Of a DNA stretch of 64,000 nt, positions 39,801 to 48,572 are shown piece after piece. The translations under genes were made by a program, and so were the position numbers. The DNA is from Paracoccaceae bacterium. GTDB lineage: Bacteria > Pseudomonadota > Alphaproteobacteria > Rhodobacterales > Rhodobacteraceae. How positions within the stretch are numbered: position 1 is the first letter of the stretch; every line of letters begins with the position of its first letter. Where the stretch lies: positions 7,475 to 71,474 of the forward strand of contig JALUYI010000055.1 of assembly GCA_027013095.1 (NCBI GenBank). The letters run 5' to 3'. The notes under the pieces are model-generated. The model did no database searches and was not told the origin of the DNA. It saw only the letters and a program-made list of their open reading frames with translations.

Positions 39801-40586
39801 CGTGCGCGTCTGCGGCACGTTGCTACCCCAGAGCAACAAAAAACCTGCATTGTACCAGTCGGCGCTTTCCGGCACGTCGGTCTGCTCGCCCCATGTCTGC
39901 GGGCTGGCCGGGGGCAGGTCGCAATACCAGTCGTAAAAGCTGAGACACGCCCCGCCCAACAGGCTGAGATAGCGCGCACCGGACGCATAGCTGACCATGG
40001 ACATCGCCGGGATCGGAGAAAATCCGACCACACGATCCGGCCCGTAGGTCTTGACCGTATAGGCGTTGGCGGCGGCGATGATCTCGACCGCCTCGTCCCA
40101 CTCGGCGCGAACAAATCCACCCTTGCCGCGAGTCGAGGTGTAATCGGCGCGCAGGATGGGGTCGCTTTGCAGCTTGCTCCAGGCCTCGATCGGGGAATTG
40201 TTCTTGCGCATCCGGCGATAGCTTTTCAGCAGTCGCGCGCGGATCAGGGGCGTTTTCACCCGGTTCGCGGAATAGAGATACCAGCTGTAACTGGCACCGC
40301 GGGCACAACCGCGCGGCTCGTGATTGGGCATGCCCGCCCGGGTGCGCGGGTAATCGGTTTGTTGGGTCTCCCAGGTGACGATGCCGGACTTGACGTAGAT
40401 TTTCCAGCTGCAAGACCCGGTGCAGTTCACCCCGTGGGTCGAGCGCACAATCTTGTCGTGGCGCCAGCGATTGCGGTAGACGTCCTCCCAGTCGCGGTTC
40501 TCAATCGTGGTCTGCCCGTGGCCATCGGCAAATGTCCCGACGCGGGTGCTTTTCAGGAAATTCAGGCGGTCCAGAAGATGGCTCAT
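36846..40586 (-). CDS. narG: respiratory nitrate reductase alpha subunit (Mo-bisMGD)
   Basis: 1246 aa from ATG 40586. MSHLLDRLNFLK...FADGHGQ...NRDWEDVYRNRWRHDKIVRSTHGVNCTGSCSWKIYVK is nearly colinear with E. coli NarG. The track ORF adds 17 spurious codons. Confidence 0.97.
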   Translation of the reverse strand: MSHLLDRLNFLKSTRVGTFADGHGQTTIENRDWEDVYRNRWRHDKIVRSTHGVNCTGSCSWKIYVKSGIVTWETQQTDYPRTRAGMPNHEPRGCARGASYSWYLYSANRVKTPLIRARLLKSYRRMRKNNSPIEAWSKLQSDPILRADYTSTRGKGGFVRAEWDEAVEIIAAANAYTVKTYGPDRVVGFSPIPAMSMVSYASGARYLSLLGGACLSFYDWYCDLPPASPQTWGEQTDVPESADWYNAGFLLLWGSNVPQTRTPDAHFYTEARYRGAKSAVICPDYSEAAKFGDIWLAPKQGTDAAVAMAMGHVILREFHLDRQTPYFSDYARRYTDMPMLVRLDEQDGRLVPGRLLRAADFDDKLGQQNNPEWKTIALDREGGNPVAPNGSIGFRWGEKGKWNLEQKSGDKDVDLRMSLVLEENHDAVVGVDFPYFGGAASETFAKTDHPEILTRNVPVKKLKLADGEAYVATVFDLFCANYGLDRGLGGDFVASDYNQNTPFTPAWAEAITGVPRDRIITVAREFALNAEKTEGKSMVILGAGLNHWYHMDMAYRGIINMLAMCGCIGKSGGGWSHYVGQEKLRPQTGWIPLAFATDWARPPRHMNGTSFFYAHTDQWRYETLKPEEILSPTAPAGDWKDTSLIDLNIRAERMGWLPSVPAFKTNPMEVAKSAKAAGQDIPAYVASQLTSGQLEMSAEDPDAPENWPRNMFVWRSNILGSSGKGHEYFLKHLLGTDHGIQGKDLGEEGQRKPIEAKWHDDAPRGKLDLLVTIDFRMSTTAVYSDIVLPTASWYEKNDLNTSDMHPFIHPLQAAVDPAYDSKSDWEIFKFIAKKFSEMVPGYLGEETDIVALPTLHDSPSELAQDQVRDWKQGECELIPGKTAPAFATVTRDYPNLYKRFTSVGPLMEKVGNGGKGISWDTKTEIAQLKALNGTVAEAGISEGQVRIESDIDAAEVILMLAPETNGEVAVKAWDALGTHTGHDHTHLARAKEDEKIRFRDIAAQPRKIISSPTWSGIESDEVCYNAGYTNVHELIPWRTLSGRQQLYQDHLWMRAFGEGFVTWRPPVDLKTVTDEVNISARNNEPHLVLNFITPHQKWGIHSTYSDNLLMLTLNRGGPVLWISEVDAKKAGIRDNDWVEAYNANGALAARAVVSQRIKEGTLFMYHAQEKIVNTPGSQITGKRAGIHNSVTRVTLKPTHMIGGYAQLSYGFNYYGTVGSNRDEFVILRKMEKVDWMDEPVKTEAAE

Positions 40587-40658
40587 TATCGTTCTCCAAA
40601 GAGGGTCAGGGGTGCCGGCGCCCGTTGACGCCGGCACGGGGATTTTACGGCCTGCAAA

Positions 40659-42266
40659 TCAGGGGTTCTTCACATAGGCGCCGGGGCGCAGGTAGAACCA
40701 CCAGTTGATGACGATGCAGACAGCATAGAAGACGGCAAAACCGTAAAGCGCGTTTTCCGGGGTGCCCAATTTCAGTTGCTCGCCAAAGACCTTGGGGATG
40801 ATAAAGGCCCCGTAGGCCGCCACCGCCGAGGTCCAGCCCAGCACCGGACCGGCCTGCTCTTTGTCAAACACCGCCGCAATCGTGCGGAAGGTCGAGCCAT
40901 TGCCGATACCCGTCGCGGTGAACAGGATCAGGAACAGGATCATGAAGGGCAGGAAATAGTCCTGCGGCGTTGCCGAGGTATAGGCCTTTTGCAGGAACCA
41001 CGCGACGCCGATGGTGGACACCACCATGATCCCCGAGATGATATGGGTGACTTTCGCGCCCCCCATCTTGTCGGCAATCATGCCACCGACGGGACGGATA
41101 AGGGCGCCGATGAACGGCCCCATCCAAGCATACATCAACGCCGAAGGCCCGGCCGGGTTGGGCGTGTTGTGGGTCAGCGCACCGTTGACGACCAGATGCT
41201 GAAAGCCGAACACCACCTTGATCGCCAGAGCAAAGGCGGCCGAATAGCCGATAAAGCTACCAAAGGTCATGGTGTAGATGATGGTCATCGCCCAAGTGTG
41301 CTTGTTTTCAAAGATCTTGTATTGCCGGGACAGGTTGCGCCCGACCGAACCGGGGATCAGATAGAGCAGCCCAACGGTTGTTCCGATAACAAGGGGAATG
41401 ACAATCAGCTTGTCCACATTCCAGCCCGAGCCACCAACCTTGGCAGGCAGCATCAGCCACAGACCAACGCCAGCAGCAAAAAACCCGATCAAAAGCATGA
41501 ACGTCATGATGGCAAACGCCCCGAGAGGCCCGGGGATGCGGGGTGAAACATGCTCATCCCGGATGTTGTTCATGCCCCACCAGCCAACGATCGCCAGAGG
41601 AATCAGGAAGATCAGCCAGATATAACCCGCGTTCTGGATATAGGTCTGGGTCCCGGCGGGGATCTTGCCAATCAGGGTGCCCGATGTGTTAACCAGCGTG
41701 CGCGAGCTTCCGCCAAACAGGCCAAAGGTCATCACCAGCGGAATCAGGATCTGCATGGTGGTCACACCGAAATTTCCCAGGCCCGCATTCATTCCCAGCG
41801 CATAGCCCTGTACCTTCTTGGGATAAAAGAACGAGATATTGGACATGGAACTGGCGAAATTCCCGCCGCCAATACCGGAAAGAAAGGCCAGTGCCTGAAA
41901 CTGCCAGAGGGGCGTATCCGGGTTTTGCAGCGCAAGCCCGGTCCCGACCGCCGGAATCATCAACAACGCGGTGGTAAAGACGATGGTGTTTCTGCCCCCC
42001 GCGATGCGGATGAAAAAGGTCGAGGGGATTCGCAAGGTCGCGCCGGTCAAACCAGCAATGGCACTGAGGGTGAAGAGGTCGGACTTGTCAAAGGCAAAGC
42101 CGAGGTTGATCATCTGGACCGTGATGATCCCCCAATACAGCCAGACGGCAAAGCCGACCAGCAGGCTGGGGATTGATATCCACAAGTTGCGTGTTGCGAT
42201 GGATTTGCCGCTTGAGGCCCAAAAGCTCTCGTCCTCGACATTCCAGTTTCTCAGGTCTTGTCCCAC
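40659..42266 (-). CDS. narK2: MFS nitrate/nitrite transporter, NarK2-type
   Basis: 535 aa with about 12-14 hydrophobic spans. The N-terminus is WNVEDESFWASSGKSIATRNLWISIPSLL. GTG start with AAGGAGA 6 nt upstream. Confidence 0.88.
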   Translation of the reverse strand: MGQDLRNWNVEDESFWASSGKSIATRNLWISIPSLLVGFAVWLYWGIITVQMINLGFAFDKSDLFTLSAIAGLTGATLRIPSTFFIRIAGGRNTIVFTTALLMIPAVGTGLALQNPDTPLWQFQALAFLSGIGGGNFASSMSNISFFYPKKVQGYALGMNAGLGNFGVTTMQILIPLVMTFGLFGGSSRTLVNTSGTLIGKIPAGTQTYIQNAGYIWLIFLIPLAIVGWWGMNNIRDEHVSPRIPGPLGAFAIMTFMLLIGFFAAGVGLWLMLPAKVGGSGWNVDKLIVIPLVIGTTVGLLYLIPGSVGRNLSRQYKIFENKHTWAMTIIYTMTFGSFIGYSAAFALAIKVVFGFQHLVVNGALTHNTPNPAGPSALMYAWMGPFIGALIRPVGGMIADKMGGAKVTHIISGIMVVSTIGVAWFLQKAYTSATPQDYFLPFMILFLILFTATGIGNGSTFRTIAAVFDKEQAGPVLGWTSAVAAYGAFIIPKVFGEQLKLGTPENALYGFAVFYAVCIVINWWFYLRPGAYVKNP

Positions 42267-42325
42267 AGGTTTTCTCCTTTCGGGATGGTGTTGCGGCGGG
42301 CCTTGGGCGGCCCACCAGATAGGTG

Positions 42326-43666
42326 TTACTGCGCAGGCCGGGCCAGCGGGCTTTCAGGAACATCCGACAGCGATGTGTCGGCTGCCATCTCGGGGTATTT
42401 TGCCCGTTCCATCCGCCGAATGGCCAGGTGCATCCAGATCGTCGACACGGCAACCAGAATGAACATCAGCATGAAGACGATGGACCAGACGTGAAAAATA
42501 TCCAGCAGCACGCCAAAAGCGATCGGCAGCACAAACCCGCCAAGGCCGCCGATCATGCCGACAAGGCCACCAACGGCGCCAACGTGGTGCGGATAGTAAA
42601 CCGGGATATGCTTGTAGACCGCGGCCTTGCCGAGGCTCATCACAAAACCCAGCACAACGGACAGGAACACGAACACATAAAGCGGGATTCCAAAGGTGAA
42701 CTTGATCAGGTTTTCCGACCCGTCCGCGTGGGGAATACCCTGCACGATATAGGTGGTTTCAGGATAGCTCATGATGAACAGAACCGCCAGAGACACCAGA
42801 AAGGTCAGATACATCACAAAGCGTGCACCCCAGATGTCGGCCATCCAGCCACCCAGCGCCCGGAATACCGAGGCCGGCAGGGAATACATGCCCGCAAACA
42901 CCCCCGCCGCCGCCAGAGACACCCCGTAGGCCCCGACATAATAGCGCGGCAGAAACGAGGCAAAGGCCACAAACCCGCCAAAAACAAAGAAATAGTAGGT
43001 GGCAAACCGCCAGACCTGCAAATTCTTCAAGGGGGCAAGCTGATCTTTGGCTGAGACGGGCTTGCGTCCGGTCTTGCGGTTGCGCTCAACCACCGGATCG
43101 GTTTTGGAGAACAGGTAGAATATGACGGCCATGGCAACCAGCACGATTGCGTAAATGCGCGCGGTCTCTTGCCAGCCAAAGGCAATCACCAGAAACGGCG
43201 CGGCAAAGTTTGTCACCGCAGCCCCCACGTTCCCGGCGCCGAAAATACCCAGCGCGGTCCCCTGCTGCTCGGCTGAAAACCAGCGTGAGACATAGGCGAT
43301 CCCGATGATGAACGAGCCGCCGGCCAGCCCCAGACCGAGGGCCGCCATCAGAAAGACGGCATAGGTATGAACTGAGGCCAGCAGCCAGACGCTGACTGCC
43401 GTCAACAGCATTTGCAAAGGCAGCATGATGCGTCCACCGACCTGATCGGTCCAGACACCCAGAAAGATCCGGCTGAGCGATCCAGTCAGCACCGGAGTTG
43501 CCACCAAAAGGCCGAACTGGGTCTCGCTCAGGCCCAGATCCTGCTTGATCTTGACACCAATAATCGAAAAAATTGTCCAGACTGCAAAGCATACGGTGAA
43601 TGCCAGCGTGCTGAGCCCAAGTGCCCTTGTCTGGTCGCTCCGGGTTACACCATTCAGGTCTTGCAT
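42326..43666 (-). CDS. narK1: MFS nitrate transporter, NarK1-type
   Basis: 446 aa from ATG 43666 (GGAGGG SD); the track start is the GTG one codon upstream. MFS topology. First gene of the nar operon. Confidence 0.85.
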   Translation of the reverse strand: MQDLNGVTRSDQTRALGLSTLAFTVCFAVWTIFSIIGVKIKQDLGLSETQFGLLVATPVLTGSLSRIFLGVWTDQVGGRIMLPLQMLLTAVSVWLLASVHTYAVFLMAALGLGLAGGSFIIGIAYVSRWFSAEQQGTALGIFGAGNVGAAVTNFAAPFLVIAFGWQETARIYAIVLVAMAVIFYLFSKTDPVVERNRKTGRKPVSAKDQLAPLKNLQVWRFATYYFFVFGGFVAFASFLPRYYVGAYGVSLAAAGVFAGMYSLPASVFRALGGWMADIWGARFVMYLTFLVSLAVLFIMSYPETTYIVQGIPHADGSENLIKFTFGIPLYVFVFLSVVLGFVMSLGKAAVYKHIPVYYPHHVGAVGGLVGMIGGLGGFVLPIAFGVLLDIFHVWSIVFMLMFILVAVSTIWMHLAIRRMERAKYPEMAADTSLSDVPESPLARPAQ

Positions 43667-43740
43667 CACTTACCCTCCGTCATTGTGGCCCGCGGACCAG
43701 TTTCGTCGCAGCCTCATGACACAGGGTCGTTTTGATAAGT

Positions 43741-43754
43741 TTGACCCAAGTCAA
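43741..43754. promoter_or_regulatory. FNR/NarR-type box for the narK1 promoter
   Basis: TTGACccaaGTCAA is a perfect palindrome. Its centre lies 81.5 nt upstream of the narK1 ATG. An extra TTGAT half-site sits immediately 5' (43732-43736). Confidence 0.6.
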
Positions 43755-43887
43755 AACAGACAAATAAATTCGGAAATTTTACGTGATTTCATGGCCTTAT
43801 TTAAAATGATCAGCGGTTTTTCAGAAACACGTCAGTTGCAAGAACAACTTTTCGTGAAAAAGATATTGACATCGACAGCAGATTGAA

Positions 43888-43901
43888 TTGATAAAAGTCA
43901 A
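43888..43901. promoter_or_regulatory. FNR/NarR-type box overlapping the narR promoter/leader
   Basis: TTGATaaaaGTCAA. Its centre lies 27.5 nt upstream of the narR ATG. It is flanked by direct ATTGAAT repeats (43882-43888 and 43904-43910). Confidence 0.5.
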
Positions 43902-43921
43902 CCATTGAATCAGAGGATCCC

Positions 43922-44611
43922 ATGCATTCGAGAATCCAGGAAATCCGTGACCTGCCGTTGTTCGCGACCACATCCGACGAGGCATTTCAGACTCTGACCC
44001 GGGGCGCCTATGTGCAAAACTTCCCCACCCATGCCGAGTTGATCACCGAAGGTGAAAGCGCCGATTTCCTACACATCATCATTTCGGGATGTGTCGAGCT
44101 GTTCAGCGCCTGGCAGGGACGGGAAACCACGATGTCCTTTCACGGACCGGACGCCACCTTCATTCTGGCGGCGACCATCAAGGACCGCCCCTATCTGATG
44201 TCGGCGCGCACGATCGAGAAATCACGCATCATCATGATTCCCTCCGAAGACGTCCGGGCCGTGTTCGAGACCGATCCAGATTTTGCCAAGTCGATCGTGA
44301 CCGAGCTGGCCGGATGCTATCGCGGCGTCATCAAGGCATCAAAGAACATCAAGCTACGCAGCTCGACCGAGCGGATCGCGAATTACCTTCTGAAATCCTA
44401 TAACGCCCTTGGCAAACCCAAAGATTTCACGCTGGAGCTGGAAAAGCGTCGTATCGCCGCCCTGTTGGGCATGACGCCGGAAAACCTGTCGCGCGGATTT
44501 GCGGTGCTGAAGGAAAAAGGCGTCAGCGTCCGCGGGCAGACGGTTCGGATCACCGATCCTGAAGGGTTGGCAAAATTTGCCAAGCCAAACCGCCTGATCG
44601 ACAGTTGGTGA
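43922..44611 (+). CDS. narR: Crp/Fnr-family transcriptional regulator lacking the N-terminal FNR cysteine cluster (NarR-like)
   Basis: 229 aa with a cNMP-binding-like fold and a C-terminal HTH (RRIAALLGMTPENLSRGFAVLKEKGV). No CX2CX5C cluster near the N-terminus. Divergent from narK1, as narR is in Paracoccus. Confidence 0.75.
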   Translation: MHSRIQEIRDLPLFATTSDEAFQTLTRGAYVQNFPTHAELITEGESADFLHIIISGCVELFSAWQGRETTMSFHGPDATFILAATIKDRPYLMSARTIEKSRIIMIPSEDVRAVFETDPDFAKSIVTELAGCYRGVIKASKNIKLRSSTERIANYLLKSYNALGKPKDFTLELEKRRIAALLGMTPENLSRGFAVLKEKGVSVRGQTVRITDPEGLAKFAKPNRLIDSW

Positions 44612-44673
44612 CCCCAATCCGGGCCTCATTGCACTGAAATGCCACCACCGGCGCGCACCTTGGCGCAGACGCG

Positions 44674-45852
44674 CTATTTTCGCCGGGCGCGCAATGCACC
44701 ATGCAGGCGGGCGCGAACCTTGGCGCTCAGACGCTGGCGCGCTTCCTTTCGGGTTTTCTTGTGCTGGCGCTCAAGGCGCGCGCATTCGGCCAACATTTCC
44801 TGACGCAGCGCCGGTTCCAGCGCCGGGCGTTGTGTCGCGTATTGCACCAGATCGAGGCTGGGGCTGGTGTTGGCCTCAATAATAACCGGCCCGTCCTGTG
44901 AGATCGCCACATCCCAGCCCACCAGCGGCAACCCGCTCAATAAACCGCTGGCGCGGGTCACGCAATCCACCAGCGCGGACCAATGGGGCACCTGCACCCC
45001 CTCAAACCGGCCACCGGTATCCGGGTGGGTCTGGCACCAGTCCGCCGCCGGCCCAAGACCCGTGCGCACCGGCCCGACCTCACCGGTGGCAATGTTCACC
45101 GCGCCGATCATCGCGCCACGCCAGAGGTTATCCGCAACCATGCCCTGCCGCGGAATTTTCCAGAACGCGGCGATCACGCGGGACTGCGCCTCGTGAAGGA
45201 AGGTGATTACCCGGAAACTGCCAAGTGTCGGGCCGATCAGTTTGCTCAGCGTGGGGTGCTGGAAAATACGTGACTGAAACAGATAACCCCAACGGAAATG
45301 TCTGGGCGCGATCCGGGACAGGGCCGCCTGCATATCCAGCTCTTCACCGGTCACAAGCCGCAGGCGACGGCTAGCCGGATCGATCCCGTCGATGGAAATG
45401 ACATCGTCGCTGTTCTGCCCCGAAAGAGGCTTGCCAAACAGCGGATAGCGCGCTTTCTGGTAGAGAAACGCGGCAATGTCAGCGCGGGTTTTCAAGCTGT
45501 GCACAGGTGCCGGCAAACTCTTGGCCCCAAAACAGGCCTGCAAGGGAGCTACCGGAAAATTGAGGCCCCGCAGCGCGCCATCAAACAACAGCTTGTCCGC
45601 AACCAGCCCCCGCTTGTGGGTCTGAAAATTCATCCGGCGGGCAAAAAGTGCGGCCTCCTGTGCCCCGATAAAACCAGAAGGGACCCGCTTGTCCCGATAC
45701 AACCCAAGGGCCATAAATTCCGACAGCAGCATCTTGTGCCCGGTTTCGGGGCGGTAGGCAGCATAAGCGCGCAAGACCTGAGCGCGCGACAGACCGCTAT
45801 CCGCCTTGATCCGCTGGAACCCGGCCGCCAAAGTTGCAGTTTCGTCTTGCAC
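44674..45852 (-). CDS. ATP-grasp domain protein (sugar-transfer-associated ATP-grasp type), function unknown
   Basis: 392 aa. The C-terminal GWDVAISQDGPVIIEANTSPSL is an ATP-grasp signature. The start (GTG 45852) is uncertain. Confidence 0.65.
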   Translation of the reverse strand: MQDETATLAAGFQRIKADSGLSRAQVLRAYAAYRPETGHKMLLSEFMALGLYRDKRVPSGFIGAQEAALFARRMNFQTHKRGLVADKLLFDGALRGLNFPVAPLQACFGAKSLPAPVHSLKTRADIAAFLYQKARYPLFGKPLSGQNSDDVISIDGIDPASRRLRLVTGEELDMQAALSRIAPRHFRWGYLFQSRIFQHPTLSKLIGPTLGSFRVITFLHEAQSRVIAAFWKIPRQGMVADNLWRGAMIGAVNIATGEVGPVRTGLGPAADWCQTHPDTGGRFEGVQVPHWSALVDCVTRASGLLSGLPLVGWDVAISQDGPVIIEANTSPSLDLVQYATQRPALEPALRQEMLAECARLERQHKKTRKEARQRLSAKVRARLHGALRARRK

Positions 45853-45958
45853 CTACCTGTGCTCCCTTTTTCGGCATGAGGGCTTGTCCCCGCTGAAACC
45901 ATACCCGACCCTTGCCGAAATGGGAATCAGCCCAGACTCGCCGAGGATGAAGGCGCCT

Positions 45959-47131
45959 TCAGGCGGAATCCCACCGGCACGGCAGCGATGTCAGCCCACG
46001 AAAGGCCCAGCCGACGGGGCGGGGATCGGCCCCCTCCTCAAGGCGCAGATTTTTCAGGCGGGAAAAGGCCTGTGGCAGGGCAACATCAGAGATCAGGGCC
46101 CGACTGGCCCACGCGCCGGCACAAAAATGCGGTCCGGCGCCAAAGGCAATCGAGGCGCCGGTGTCATGGCCAAGATCGAAGATTTCGGGCGTTTCAAAGG
46201 CCGCTTCGTCCCGGTTGGCGCTGCCAAACATCAGAAACACACGGTCCTCGGGTTCAAAGGTCACGCCATTGACGGTGTGCCGGCGCGCAATGCGCCGTGG
46301 GCTCATGCCGATGGGAGAGACCCAGCGGGCGTATTCCTCGAACACCTGCGAGAATGGAATTTCGCCCGCCAACACCCGTTGCTTTTGTTCCGGATGGGTC
46401 AGCAGCGCCCAGATGGCCCCGGCGATCACGTCGCGTGGCTCATTCTGCCCGCCGGATATGGCCAGCTTGATATTGGCGCGAATCTGTTGCTCAGGCAGCC
46501 CTGCCTCCATTTGTACACTCAGCAGTGACATGTCCGGGGTCTGGCGCAAAAGCGGCATCATCTCGTCAATATGCCGATCGATCGACGCGGTGCAATCATG
46601 GCAGCGGGCCTCGACCTTGGGATCCCCCTGATAATTGGCAATCCCGTCGATCATCCCCTGCGAGGTCCGGTTCATCTCGGCATTTTCCATGTTCACAAGG
46701 CCGGTGATGACGCGCAAGGCCTCGGCCGAAACTGGCATGGCGTAATCGGCCACTAGATCACCGGAACCACGCAGAACGAGGTCATCCAGAATCCGCGCCG
46801 CCGCGGCCTCAAACCGTCCCATCCAGACATCGCGTACGGTCCGCGGTGAGACCGCAGGAAAGATCGCCTTGCGCTCGACCATATGTTGCGAGTCATCCTT
46901 ACGCATCAGGTTCTCGCCCATCAGAACCGACATCAATCCGCCGGGCTGTGTCGAGGAGAAGACATCCGTCAGCTTTTCGTTGACGAAAATATCCTCGCGC
47001 CGGGTCAACAGCGTTGCGTCAAGCTCGGGCACATAGGCAATCGGTGTATGCGCCCGCATCTTGGCCAATGCCGGATAGGGATCATCATAAAACGCAGCGG
47101 GATCAATATGAACGACGGGAGCATTTGACAT
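45959..47131 (-). CDS. cytochrome P450
   Basis: 390 aa. Heme-thiolate loop FGAGPHFCAGAWAS, I-helix AISGGQNEPRD and an ExxR-type region (EYARW) are present. No adjacent ferredoxin or reductase. Confidence 0.9.
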   Translation of the reverse strand: MSNAPVVHIDPAAFYDDPYPALAKMRAHTPIAYVPELDATLLTRREDIFVNEKLTDVFSSTQPGGLMSVLMGENLMRKDDSQHMVERKAIFPAVSPRTVRDVWMGRFEAAAARILDDLVLRGSGDLVADYAMPVSAEALRVITGLVNMENAEMNRTSQGMIDGIANYQGDPKVEARCHDCTASIDRHIDEMMPLLRQTPDMSLLSVQMEAGLPEQQIRANIKLAISGGQNEPRDVIAGAIWALLTHPEQKQRVLAGEIPFSQVFEEYARWVSPIGMSPRRIARRHTVNGVTFEPEDRVFLMFGSANRDEAAFETPEIFDLGHDTGASIAFGAGPHFCAGAWASRALISDVALPQAFSRLKNLRLEEGADPRPVGWAFRGLTSLPCRWDSA

Positions 47132-47197
47132 GGGCCGAGGATAACCCGCCGCACGCTGGGTTCAAGCAGTAAATCATCCTCCCCGACCCGGCCCTCG

Positions 47198-48355
47198 TCA
47201 GACCGCCGGGCGTGTCGCCTCCATCACCCGCAGCACGTTCCCGCCCATGATCTTGGCCAGCGTCTGTTCGCTGTAGCCCCGTTTTTGCAGAGCGCCAACG
47301 ACCAGCGGCATCTTGCGGTAGGTTTCGAGCACCGGCTTGTAATTCGCATCCATGTCCGAGCCCATGGCGACGTGATCCTCACCCACGCTCTCAACCAGAA
47401 ACTCGATCCGGTCGATAAATTCAGCAAGGGTCTTCTCTCCGATCCCCGCAGGCCACGCTCCAATATATCCACCGGTTTCCGCGATGGCCTGCGCGGTCTC
47501 AAGCGACACAAATCGCGGATTTGACAGCTCCTTTGTGTTGATATGCGTATGGGTGATAACGACCGGCTTTGAGGCAACCGCAACCGCATCCAGCACCGTT
47601 TTTTCCGACGCATGCGCCATGTCCACAACCAGACCCTCGCGGTTCATTTCCCGCACGACCTGACGGCCGAAATCGGTCAGCCCGCGCGCCCCGACCTTGC
47701 CGGTCATGATATCGCCCAGCGTGTTGTTGTGGTAATGGACCAGCGTCAACATACGAACGCCATCATCATGGACCTGCCTCAGACGAGACAGGTCTCGTTC
47801 AAGGAAATCGGCCCCCTCCATCGCCAGGATCATCCCGATCCGGCCCGCTTTCTTGGCCGCCAGAACATCCGCTGCGGTCAGGCAAATCGCCACCTTTCCC
47901 GCCTCGGCCAGCGCCCGAAGGTCGGCAATCTGGCGGCGGTAGCTGACCCAGGCCTCGCCCGGCTGAAATGCGCGTGATGCGGTCAGGCCACCGTCGCCAA
48001 GGGTCAACAACTGGATATCGGCAACCCCGTTAAAGATCGAACCATCCACCTTGCCAGCCCTCATGTCCGCCAGAGTGCGATCCTCGAACGTGCCGCCAAG
48101 CAGCTTGTATAACCGGATCTTCAGGCTCAGGTTTTCCGCCCCTTTCAAAAAGGTGCGCCCCGGATGGGAGTGACTGTCAACGATCGGATGCCGGGCCATA
48201 AAATCCTTGGCCGCGGCCCGTTCGGTGTCGCTGAGATCAAAGCCGACCTCGGGCGGGGTCGGGTGCAGGATCGGGCGCAGACCAAACCAATAGGCCGCAG
48301 CCCCCAACCCCAAGAGGGCACCGCCCCCGATCACGAATTTACGCCGTGCCGACAT
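47198..48355 (-). CDS. membrane/periplasmic dipeptidase (peptidase M19 family)
   Basis: 385 aa with an RRKF twin-arginine-like or anchor leader. M19 motifs are visible (VDSHSHP, LTLVHYHNN, VDMAHAS, VVITHTH, MGSDMD). Strong SD (AAGGAGAGG). Confidence 0.85.
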   Translation of the reverse strand: MSARRKFVIGGGALLGLGAAAYWFGLRPILHPTPPEVGFDLSDTERAAAKDFMARHPIVDSHSHPGRTFLKGAENLSLKIRLYKLLGGTFEDRTLADMRAGKVDGSIFNGVADIQLLTLGDGGLTASRAFQPGEAWVSYRRQIADLRALAEAGKVAICLTAADVLAAKKAGRIGMILAMEGADFLERDLSRLRQVHDDGVRMLTLVHYHNNTLGDIMTGKVGARGLTDFGRQVVREMNREGLVVDMAHASEKTVLDAVAVASKPVVITHTHINTKELSNPRFVSLETAQAIAETGGYIGAWPAGIGEKTLAEFIDRIEFLVESVGEDHVAMGSDMDANYKPVLETYRKMPLVVGALQKRGYSEQTLAKIMGGNVLRVMEATRPAV

Positions 48356-48487
48356 GTGATGGCCTCTCCTTTTCCGGTCCGGCGAATGCTGTCAGGTCTT
48401 GCCCGACGGCGCAAGGCGGGCAAGATCAGTCGAAAGCGTATTTCGCAATCTTGATGGCACTTTTTTGCCCCTAAATCGCTATAAACC

Positions 48488-48518
48488 GGTTGCTCCGACC
48501 CGAAGGAGCGGGGCAACC
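48488..48518 (-). terminator. candidate terminator after tupA
   Basis: On the minus strand: GGTTGC-CCCG-ctcctt-CGGG-tcgga-GCAACC followed by GGTTTAT. It lies 55 nt downstream of the tupA stop. Confidence 0.4.
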
Positions 48519-48572
48519 GCGCGCCACCGGGCCTCGAAATCAGCCTCGGAACCAAAGGATAAGAGGGCTTGC

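Noticed and set aside
48398-48424. Hairpin CTTGCCCG-N11-CGGGCAAG, 43 nt upstream of the dipeptidase ATG, as a terminator or attenuator.
   Set aside because: No U-tract on either strand and a large loop. It could be an operator, but nothing further supports that.
48455-48468. Sigma54-like element TGGCAC-TTTT-TTGC.
   Set aside because: The GG-to-GC spacing is 11 nt instead of the required 12. It points on the plus strand into the 3' end of convergent tupA, so it has no gene to drive.
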